Of a DNA stretch of 10,581 nt, positions 1 through 8,599 are shown piece by piece. The stretch covers positions 1-10,581 of the forward strand of contig NW_002061027.1 in assembly GCF_000150275.1 (NCBI RefSeq), given 5' to 3'. The notes beneath the pieces are model-generated. The model ran no database searches. It was not told where the DNA came from and saw only the letters and a list, made by a program, of their open reading frames with translations. Each line of letters starts with the position of its first letter. Position 1 is the first letter of the stretch. Position numbers and translations under genes: made by a program. This stretch comes from Trichoplax adhaerens (lineage: Eukaryota; Animalia; Placozoa).

Positions 1-1116
1 TAGATTGTTATATGACTTTGCGACATCAGGATGGTTGTGACCCAAAACTGATAATAGAATGTTATAGGATTGCTCGTACATAGAAATAGCTTCTTCATGC
101 TTGCCTTCAGCAAGATATACATTTCCTAGACCGCTATACGACTTTGCCACATCAGGATGATTGCGACCCAAAACTGATAATTGAATCTTAAGGGATTGCT
201 TATACATAGAAATAGCTTCTTTATGCTTGCTTTGATTACTATAGACAGTTGCAATGTTGCAATATGTTATAGCAATACTTGGATGATTGTCGCCAAGTTG
301 TCTCAGTTTAATCTTGAGTGACTTGTTATACATTGATAGAGCGTCATCATACTTGCCTTGATTATCATAGACAAGACCAATGTTGTGATATGTATTAGCA
401 ATACTTGGATGATTGTCGCCAAGTTGTGTCAGATTAATCTTGAGTGACTTGTTATACATTGATAGAGCGTCATCATACTTGCCTTGATGATGATAGACAA
501 GACCAATGTTGTGATATGTATTAGCAATACTTGGATGATTGTCGCCAAGTTGTGTCAGATTAATCTTGAGTGACTTGTTATACATTAATAGAGCGTCATC
601 ATACTTGCCTTGATCATTATAGACACTTGCAATGTTGTTATATGTATTAGCAATACTTGGATGATTGTCGCCAAGTTTTGTTAGATTAATCTTGAGCGAC
701 TTGTTATACATTGATAGAGCGTCATCATACTTGCCTTGATGCTTATAGACACTTGCAATGTTGTTATATGTATTAGCAATACTTGGATGATTGTCGCCAA
801 GTTGTGTCAGTTTAATCTTGAGTGACTTGTTATACATTGATAGAGCGCCATCATACTTGCCTTGATCATGATAGACTTGTCCAATGCTGTCATATAATAC
901 AGCAATACTTGGATCGTTATTTTCAAGAATTTTCAGTTTAATCCTTAATGATTTATTGTATTCCTTTAAAGCCTCGTCATGCTTGCCTTGATTCTGGTAG
1001 ACCAAGCCAATGTTATGATAGGACTTACTGACATCAAGATGTTCACTCCCTAACGATTTTAATTTTATTTGAAGTGATTTGTTGTAATCACTCAAAGCAC
1101 CCATAAAATCACTTTG
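1..1116 (-). repeat. 126-bp coding tandem repeat (about 9 TPR units; highly homogenised core at about 235-915)
   Basis: The QG/QS/EG anchor codons fall at 103, 229, 355, 481, 607, 733, 859, 985 and 1111, an exact 126-bp spacing. The motif agcaatacttggat starts at 271, 397, 523, 649, 775 and 901. Confidence 0.97.
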
Positions 1117-1446
1117 AAGTCGTTTACAGTCGCCCTGGATATCGAAACAAGAAGAAATCTTGACCTCTTCTAGTTTCTTAGCTAACTTTTCTGCTTTTTC
1201 ACTGTATTCATTGGCTTCTATCAATTGATATTTTTGCAGGTAAGATTGAGCCATAGCGAGATAAATAGAATATTCAAGTTGACGACGACTATCACTACTC
1301 TCCGCTATCGATTTGATTTGAGTTACAGCTTTTTGAAAATAAAATAATGCGTCTTCATAATTGCCTTCGCCATGATATTTCACGCCCTTTTTGCGTATAG
1401 ATTCAATCTCGTCAAATATCGTAGAATTGCTAGTCTGATTGGCCAT
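1..1446 (-). CDS. 42-aa TPR-repeat protein (kinesin light chain / nephrocystin-3-like TPR_10/TPR_12 type), 3' end truncated by the window edge
   Basis: Manual translation gives 482 stop-free codons from ATG at 1446-1444. The context is AAAAATATGG with an in-frame TAA two codons upstream (1450-1452). Protein: MANQTSNSTIFDEIESIRKKGVKYHGEGNYEDALFYFQKAV...GDCKRLQSDFMGALSDYNKSLQIKLKSLGSEHLDVSKSYHNIGLVYQNQGKHDEAL..., then repeated HPSIANTYxNIxxVYxxQGKYDDALSMYNKSLKIxLTQLGDN, ending ...HNHPDVAKSYNNL at base 1. It was probably omitted from the ORF track because no stop lies inside the window. Confidence 0.95.
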   Translation of the reverse strand, partial: MANQTSNSTIFDEIESIRKKGVKYHGEGNYEDALFYFQKAVTQIKSIAESSDSRRQLEYSIYLAMAQSYLQKYQLIEANEYSEKAEKLAKKLEEVKISSCFDIQGDCKRLQSDFMGALSDYNKSLQIKLKSLGSEHLDVSKSYHNIGLVYQNQGKHDEALKEYNKSLRIKLKILENNDPSIAVLYDSIGQVYHDQGKYDGALSMYNKSLKIKLTQLGDNHPSIANTYNNIASVYKHQGKYDDALSMYNKSLKINLTKLGDNHPSIANTYNNIASVYNDQGKYDDALLMYNKSLKINLTQLGDNHPSIANTYHNIGLVYHHQGKYDDALSMYNKSLKINLTQLGDNHPSIANTYHNIGLVYDNQGKYDDALSMYNKSLKIKLRQLGDNHPSIAITYCNIATVYSNQSKHKEAISMYKQSLKIQLSVLGRNHPDVAKSYSGLGNVYLAEGKHEEAISMYEQSYNILLSVLGHNHPDVAKSYNNL

Positions 1447-4400
1447 ATTTTACTTTTCAACAACAATCAAAATATACAATTTGAGAAAAATAGTCACAAT
1501 TTGTCTATTCGATAGGGTTAACAATTTTGATCGCTGTACAAATGAGTGATGAAATACGTAAAGAGCACACTATCATGGATGCTCGATGCTTTCAAATCAA
1601 GATCAGCATTACAAAGTCTATTTCAGTTAGGAACATGCTTAATTAGCCAAATCGGATACGCCTTTATTTGTTCGCGGTTATCAATCATTCATCTATTATT
1701 CTCTTACAATTCATCAGGATGATGGAGAAGAAATAAATTAAAGTGGGCAGGCATTCTTGTCGATACTTCTTTCTATCCGTTTTTCTAATATATCAATCAT
1801 CCAAGTCAATCATTATTATAATGATAATTATAAAACGCATCATTAGCACAACACTAGCATCAAAATGAGTCAAATGTTGAGGCTACATGTAAAATAAGTT
1901 AAAGATTAGCATAAACATGAATAAAATAGGAACATGATAATAGCTTCTACGCATACCAATAACGATTGAATTAATAAACTTGCTTGCTTAATACAATTTA
2001 CTGCAGTTGTCAATTGATGAAGAGCTTTATACTCAAGTGGCGTGGATTACTTGTAGCTTTCCGCTATTTACCATTGCTGCCTTATACAGTACTAATCGAG
2101 ACTATTTCATGACTTATTTTTCACGTCAGACAGTTGATTTAGTCGATTATGCTCATGCTTTGACATTTCTCAGCAGTCAATAAATGTAGTATCATAAAAT
2201 AAACTGATATGCTTATTTTCTGCATTACTTCACGATCTAAAAATCCAATTCTATTAAGTTCATACTCAAACTCAAGATATTAATTAATGCTAATTACTAC
2301 GTTCATCATAAAGCAGTATACTATAGCTACAGGTTGCACCTTTGATGATACAGTGTCCATCTTATTTGTCAATATTGAAGAGTAGTATACAATTCGCATT
2401 TACTTCGTTAACATTGGTTGGTTGTTTATAATAATTTTGCATCATCAAATTGATTGATGAATATAAAATCGCTTGATGACTAATTGAACTAAGGCTAATG
2501 TATAAATCACCTGCATAGCGCATGACACTTATTACGGTACCTACACGAGGATAAACTAGCATTCTATTAAATGTATAAATTTTATGTAAGATATTAAGAT
2601 AGACTATTTTATTGCAGGTTTAGTTTTAATCTCATATAATGCCATGCATATAAGAGGTGATCTGCATTATTTCAATTTACGATTTAAGTGATTCGTACTC
2701 AATTCACCATACAAAATCTAAATAGCACAAATCATACAAGTTAAAGCCGTAGTGTAGATTCACCATTTCATTTAAAATCTGCAGACTTTCAATCCTATAT
2801 TCAAATATCATAGTTATCACACTGATGTCGAAAATATCAGTAACTGAAATTAAATATGTACAGTATAATGAACACGATGCGATTAAATGTATCATTATAC
2901 GAGTATATATTTAGTGACTGACTCGCTAGCTTGATTAATTAATAATATTCAAGTAGCACCCAATTAAAATATCTTTTGTATGGTAATCTACTACTGTAAC
3001 TGTAAGGTAAATTAATAATATTCATAACTAGAAAGTACAATTGAAATTTTGCAAATGAGAACTGCAATCGTAGATTATAGGCTATAGGAAAAGGGTAATG
3101 AAGAAATACTGCGCGTTATGTAATATTAATAGTATGGTTTTGCAATATAATTGTCTATATTTTAATTTGCGTATTTTCATTAAGCAATAGCAATTAGCAG
3201 TAAGCAATAAGAACATATTCATTGAAACTAATGACAAATAGCGACGAGTATTCAGTGTCGATATATTTTAACATTAATCTACTATATCGCACATTGCCTA
3301 CCACCGACTTCTTTCACTATACACGCTTAAAGAAATACTCACATAAAGCTAACACCAATTGCATAGCTACTAGTGTCTGCATATGGAAACTTATTTTCAT
3401 AATCGTATGGAAAGAGCAGAATTGAATTATCAAGATATATGCATATGCTATGCATATATAGCATGCATATAGTATATTGCGTGAATATAGCATGAGCCCA
3501 GTGACTTTACTCCGATTAGAATTTATCTTTGCTATTAAATCATAATATATACTGAGCATCGAGCGAGTATATTGTCAATATCAAACTGGAACTTAATTAG
3601 TTTAAGTAAATATTCATATATATAGTTCAAGTTTACCATAAACCGTGGCTCTATTGATAAGAAATAGTTATTATTTTGATAGAGAGATTCTTGAGCCGGC
3701 AGAAGTGGAAATAGTTGCCATTTCAGAGAATGACATAAATGTCTTTAGTAGCGAACAGGTACTTTATTATAGGATGTAATTCGCGTAAGAGTGCGGTAGT
3801 TACTAGGAAGCAGCGTGCAAGCTGTGATGAAATAATATGAGAACCACTAACACTGTAACTATTATAGCTAACGCAAACTGAGGTAGAAATCGGTAGCATT
3901 TACAGCTTTAAAGATAGAAAATATACCATACTAGTCTATGAAAATGGAAGAGAATGCAATTTGCCTATTAAAGTACAAACACAAAATCTTAATTTAAATC
4001 GGTAGAATTATCTGCAAAATGCTGTATCGTAGGTTGATTTTTGATTATTTTCCATCCAAACAGTATTGACTTAATAGTTGTTTGCAATCGTACTTAAAGT
4101 CTTCGATTCATGTATAAGATTTATTCCTTAATGTGGATTGAATATGAATAGTCTAACAGATTTTCATTACCTTCCAACTGAAGCTGAGGAAAACTTGAAC
4201 AATAACTTGATTTAAGCTTAACTTATTGTAAAGGTAGCTGCGGATAATTATCGATATAACCGAACAGATAATAGTGATTTTTAAGTGCACTTTGTCCTAG
4301 TACAACAAATCGCATAATTACTACTTGCTTCTGTTAATACTGTATAATGTACAAGCTGCTAGAGACAATGTAGTAACCACATGGTGGTTAGCAAGATCTT

Positions 4401-5505
4401 GTCAAATAAACAGACTATTTACAATGGATACGGTATGTCTTCTGTGCAATAAAACTGCTGTTAGGTGAGCACATACTACTATCGGATAAATATTCAATCT
4501 ATTACATCTTTCATGATATTGTCGCAATCAGTCAATCTTACTATATTTTATATTAGAAACCTTTTTTATTAAATATGATTCAGCTCTAGCATTACTGTAA
4601 TACGTGTTGTCAACGCTAAATTTATACATTAATGAGCAGTTTTAATCATACTGCCAATGGCAACAAAATCTTACTGAAAAACGTGATACATCGATGATCT
4701 AGTATTAATTAGCGAAGCAGCCATAACAAAATAAAGCATCCTATTCAACATTTGAAAGAAATCCTGTATTTAGTATGAAAGAAATCTATCCAATACAGAT
4801 ACCAAAGTTTATCCCAGATTTATAATTATTGGATTATCATAGGAATATAGTTTCTTATTCATGTACGTATCTCTTGTAATTGTAGAAATGTTTGCATAAC
4901 ACAAAGCAATTGATTACTATGCAACATTGACATTGTCTCAAAATAAGATGAAAAAAACGCAGTATTACTAGATAAAGCCACTTAATCTAGCAAAAGGCAA
5001 TTTCGAATAGTTTATGTAAATATTGCATATCAACATTTCGTTATTTCTATTTTACACTACGGATTATAAGGTAAAAGTATATAACCGTAAGAGCCAAAAT
5101 AACTTGAGCAATCGATGCTGCTTGTCACAGCGATATATCTTAAATGAAATTAAAAAATTTTAAAATAGAAGCAAGTGTTATAGTTCATCCTTCAATATAG
5201 TACAATAGCACCGTAAAAGCCATGACTGAAATAAACGATAAGAAAGTAGCTATAGCACACATCATGTCAGTTTATTAACAGACCTGCTGCAGTAAAAAAA
5301 TAAAATATTCTCATATTGTCAACAATATCGGTAGAACGAATATAGGATTACTGTCGGTAAATTATGGAGAGACATGTTAAATCTTGATTGCTAACACAAG
5401 ATAACTATCAAATCACGTAATGTTGATCCTTTCAAATAGCTAATTGTTAGAAGCGGCTGATTCGTTGACTTTTGCTATCCTAAATTGATTTTTCAACTAT
5501 AAATA

Positions 5506-5665
5506 TTAATACCATCTTTCAGGTGTGCCAATAAGGCCACTTCGTTGGGGATTCGTAAACTTATACGTAATAATATACAATACAAGCGGTAGAGGAATTA
5601 ATCCTAACAGCACTTGAGCTGCAATAGGTGGGTTTTTTAGTCCATTGGTGCAGCAGCAATGCCTA
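5506..5665 (-). CDS. JKAMP: JKAMP terminal exon, 3' part (GIAA/TNGLKNPPIAAQVLLGLIPLPLVLYIITYKFTNPQRSGLIGTPERWY*)
   Basis: Open frame from the gap edge to TAA at 5508-5506, matching the JKAMP C-terminal LxPxPxxxYxxTxKFTxP motif. The 5' part is obscured by the N gap. There is an apparent 1-nt frameshift near 5650. Confidence 0.82.
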
Positions 5666-5719
5666 NNNNNNNNNNNNNNNNNNNNNNNNNNNNNNNNNNN
5701 NNNNNNNNNNNNNNNNNNN
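5666..5719. other. assembly gap (54 N)
   Basis: Run of N within or adjoining the JKAMP terminal exon. Confidence 0.99.
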
Positions 5720-5836
5720 TAAGCTACCTATATTCCATGGCGAGAAGGAATGCGCTAGTCAGTCTCCAATGCCAACGCGTGAAATAGTTCTAGCTTGTAT
5801 CAATTGATCTTAGCTGATTAAACCTATCTCACTTTT

Positions 5837-5908
5837 GAGCAAATGTACCTTTGCACGTAATCTGCTAATGTTTCTACAGATTGCTTAGGGCTAATAAGAT
5901 TTATTCGT
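5837..5908. repeat. 72-bp direct repeat, copy 1
   Basis: gagcaaatgtacctttgcacgtaatctgctaatgtttctacagattgcttagggctaataagatttattcgt matches 7728-7801 except for one substitution and a 2-bp indel. Confidence 0.95.
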
Positions 5909-6031
5909 TCCAGAATTATATCAGAATAATACAGTAAAATAATAACTTTATCATCCTTTAATTACATTAGCAGTGTAAAACTCGCCTATTGTATCATTTA
6001 CAAAAAATAGTTAATTTATATGCAATTTTAC

Positions 6032-6117
6032 CTATAGGTCGAGATGTTAGAATGGATATTATTGCAGATACGATCGCTTCAAAGATCGCAGATCCATGCC
6101 ATATTGTGAGCCGTTTG
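6032..6117 (-). CDS. JKAMP: JKAMP exon (S-KRLTIWHGSAIFEAIVSAIISILTSRPI-G)
   Basis: Acceptor attaaag (AG at 6119-6118) in phase 2, matching the preceding exon. 86 nt, probable donor AG|GTAAAA at 6031. It encodes the second hydrophobic segment. Confidence 0.85.
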
Positions 6118-6580
6118 CTTTAATGTGCGTAAAAGTGATCGAGAAAGTTAATTAAAAGCATAAACATTGATTAAATTGACAATCTAGTGTATTATATTAT
6201 GGCTGCTTTATGTCAACAGTTACAACATCATGACTTCGAAACGAGTCATAACTCCTTTTAGTAATATTAATCATCTATTGAAGAAAAAGAATTAGAAAGC
6301 GCCCACATTGATTAACAGCAAGGTTTCAAACTACAAAGACATAAACTGCTACTTTATGGAATCGTTAAGATTCATACGTAAAGATATAGCAACTTCATCA
6401 TTGCTAACTGATTTACCATCACCCACATTATTCATAGAATTGACAATTTGGTGTATTAGATGATGTTTTTTCATGCCTATGGCCACAACAACAATATGGC
6501 CTCGATTTAAGTAACAACTACTTCAAGTGAAATCAATCTTCCATTATATCATTAGAGAAAAGAATTCTTGCTTTGCTTAC

Positions 6581-6735
6581 CTATCAGTACGAACGTAATG
6601 ATCGATAAAAAAAAAGTGCAACACCAAGGAAAAGGAACTCATAAATAGTAAGAAGAGCCAGTCATAGACGATTAAGGGAAGAGCACAAGGTTGGCAAATA
6701 CCCGAGGCATTGGGTCGGAATCCGCAAAGGCAAGG
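6581..6735 (-). CDS. JKAMP: JKAMP exon (PCLCGFRPNASGICQPCALPLIVYDWLFLLFMSSFSLVLHFFFIDHYVRTD-S)
   Basis: Acceptor attgtag (AG at 6737-6736), phase 0, 155 nt, donor AG|GTAAGC at 6580-6575. It contains CQPC, YDWL and the first hydrophobic segment. Confidence 0.92.
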
Positions 6736-7206
6736 CTACAATATCAACAATAAGTTGACATTTATTGAATCAATAAGTGAATAGTATCTAATTGATTTAT
6801 TGTCATGGACGTAATTGATGTCCACAAACTACATTATTGATGATGGAAATAATAAAGTATCGATCTATGTAGTGCATTCCAATCAAGACAGTGAAGAAAA
6901 GGAATCATTATAACTAACTCAAGCAATGCAATGATCTTTTAAATTGAACGCAAGAAACTACATAACAAAATAAAGAGTTGACGATCGATATCATTGCCGA
7001 TTAAACTTGTCAATTTTCGCCCAAGGATGAGAAGGATTTATGCACTTCTTGATGTTACTACTGTCCAACTTTGTTCAAGATCAATAACCAATCTCACGAT
7101 TATGTCAATCATGAATCGACTGATCATTTTTAACCATTCTTCTCCTAGGCAAAGTCATATTCGATAAGACTGTTTGAAATCATTTTCCATTTTGATTATT
7201 ACTTAC

Positions 7207-7283
7207 TCCACATGCCGTTAACTGGCCGTTTTCTAATACAGTTCTACCACAGTATTTTCCAGTACAAGCATCCAGGGCATCCG
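7207..7283 (-). CDS. JKAMP: JKAMP N-terminal Cys-rich exon (xDALDACTGKYCGRTVLENGQLTACG)
   Basis: Acceptor tttgtatttgttag (AG at 7285-7284), 77 nt (2 + 25 codons), consensus donor GTAAGT at 7206-7201. An in-frame ATG at 7320 (MEENTFFYLYLLA...) is an alternative start. Confidence 0.88.
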
Positions 7284-7545
7284 CTAACAAATACAAATAA
7301 AAGAAAGTATTTTCTTCCATTCTACTTATCGAAACATTCTTAATCTTAATCAAACAACGATATTCTTAATTGGTCAATGCTATTTGAATAAAGGTCAACA
7401 TGGAATTATTTTGTCTAATATTGTCTTGCAGCATTTCTGTTTTTATTTCTTAATCAGTTGTTTATGCTTGAAGAACTCATAATGAGTGAAAAAAGAAATG
7501 ATATCGATGTAAAGGTGATCGCAGTCAGAATTGGGTAGTAGAGTG

Positions 7546-7677
7546 TAGAACTAATTCAACGATCGATCCGTTGCATGGAAATAATTCCACAATTGTTTAT
7601 TGCATAGAAATAACTCAACGATCGCTCCGTTGTATAGAAATAGTTCCGCGATCTACTTATTGCTTACAAATAATTCA
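7546..7677. repeat. ~30-bp degenerate minisatellite with alternating A/B units, running into the gap
   Basis: Units start at 7546, 7576, 7605, 7635 and 7665 (30, 29, 30, 30 bp and a partial unit). Units 1 and 3 match at 26 of 30 positions. Confidence 0.8.
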
Positions 7678-7727
7678 NNNNNNNNNNNNNNNNNNNNNNN
7701 NNNNNNNNNNNNNNNNNNNNNNNNNNN
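7678..7727. other. assembly gap (50 N, possibly a placeholder length)
   Basis: Run of N between the minisatellite and the direct repeat. Confidence 0.99.
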
Positions 7728-7801
7728 GAGCAAATGTACCTTTGCACGTAATCTGCTAATGTTTCTACAGATTGCTTAGGACTAATATAAGATTTATTCG
7801 T
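7728..7801. repeat. 74-bp direct repeat, copy 2 (left end truncated by the gap)
   Basis: Near-identical to 5837-5908 and starts at the first base after the N run. Confidence 0.95.
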
Positions 7802-8599
7802 ACTTAGCTACTCGCTTATATACATTTCCGCGTTAACAATCTTAACTCCTTACTTACTACACACTTCAGTATTAACATCTCAAATACAGGATAGTTTACA
7901 CCTTTTATGTGAAGCTCTAGTGTGAGCACTGCAGCACTCCTCTTTAAAAGGATACAGTTACTAAGCTAGCTATATTTATTAACGAAGGTAAAAAATTCGA
8001 ACGCAGAAGGTAACTTATACTCTACGAGATCTTAGCGTCAATAGGAACTGCAGAAAGTGACTGTTCAACTTGAGCGCATAAGATAATGAGGTTTTCTATA
8101 ATACTTGTAATGTGGGTACAGCGAAAATTATATACTATACAGACTGCGGCTGCCTATGCATATCACGTGGCCTCTTCTTTTATATTAATTTGAACATGAT
8201 GGATAATTAATGCATTTTTATTAATCAGGATTTAATCCCCGAAACTGAAATATGAGTCAAAACAGAGCAGGAATCCTCCGTTAATCAGCAGCAGGCAGTT
8301 AAGATTGTGCACCTTGCAAATGCCAATTACGAAACTCATTACTCCAATAAGGCTATTAATCGATCCATATATCGTCAATAGGCTGCTATTTCCTTATTCT
8401 AGAAGAGTAATTGTGCCAATAAGCGTAATCTGGGCTGACAAGAAACTTTGAATTCATTGAACTACTAGAAGGACTGAATCTTTCAAATTTGAACAGTTAG
8501 AGTGGTTTTATTTAAAGAAGAGTTATAAAATTGAAATTGTAGAATTGAGAATCCACTTACCGTATCGACTCCAGATTTTGTTGTTTTATCATCTGAGAA

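Larger units (their letters stand above)
5506..7320 (-). pseudogene. JKAMP: JKAMP (JNK1/MAPK8-associated membrane protein) homologue, multi-exon, apparently internally deleted or disrupted
   Basis: Three GT-AG-bounded exons splice in phase and, with a terminal coding segment, translate to colinear JKAMP motifs: CTGKYCGRTV...CG; PCLCGFRPNASGICQPC...YDWLFLLFM...LVLHFFFID; HGSAIFEAIVSAIISILTSRPIG; LLGLIPLPLVLYIITYKFTNP. The recalled human motifs are CLGLYCGKTL, CPRGQRTNAQKYCQPC...YDWLYLGFM...LVLHWFFIE, HITALFECSMAAIITLLVSDPVG and LLALVPTPALFYLFTAKFTEP. The central region (DWY...NP...CTxEAVYPLY and GGGLLYYAFPY) was not found. Family identity is high confidence; pseudogene status is moderate. Confidence 0.8.

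Noticed and set aside
235-915. Regular repeats with short variable segments resembling a CRISPR array or a DGR template/variable repeat
   Set aside because: The period is exactly 42 codons within an open TPR frame, the variable parts are homologous to each other, and no cas or reverse transcriptase gene is present.
2008-2183. Possible plus-strand exon after ttactgcag (LSIDEELYTQVAWITCSFPLF...)
   Set aside because: About 58 open codons but no recognisable homology or partner exons. It would need RNA-seq or blastx support.
3434-3480. TATGCATA-rich palindromic patch
   Set aside because: Low-complexity AT/GC alternation with no defined element.
2362-3559. Short ORFs 2362-2562, 2704-2895, 3222-3425 and 3317-3559
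   Set aside because: No recognisable motifs, composition typical of AT-rich non-coding DNA, and two of them overlap on opposite strands.
3683-3758. Possible plus-strand exon (EILEPAEVEIVAISENDINVFSSEQ) between an AG and a GT
   Set aside because: It could not be linked to any gene model and a chance occurrence is plausible.
4374-4390. 7-bp hairpin taaccac-atg-gtggtta (a similar one lies at 9904-9929)
   Set aside because: Stems this short are expected by chance in 10 kb and have no supporting context.
6040-7020. Plus-strand coding-like fragments first suspected to be a transposon relic between LTR-like direct repeats
   Set aside because: Explained as the antisense of JKAMP exons. No gag, RT, integrase or transposase motifs and no TG...CA termini were seen.
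7571-7759. 62-aa ORF with 10-aa pseudo-repeats
   Set aside because: It spans the N gap and is only the translation of the minisatellite.
8221-8430. Clustered TAATC and CCAAT motifs upstream of the second TPR gene
   Set aside because: Short motifs in AT-rich DNA, and the transcription start is unknown, so a promoter call is unsupported.
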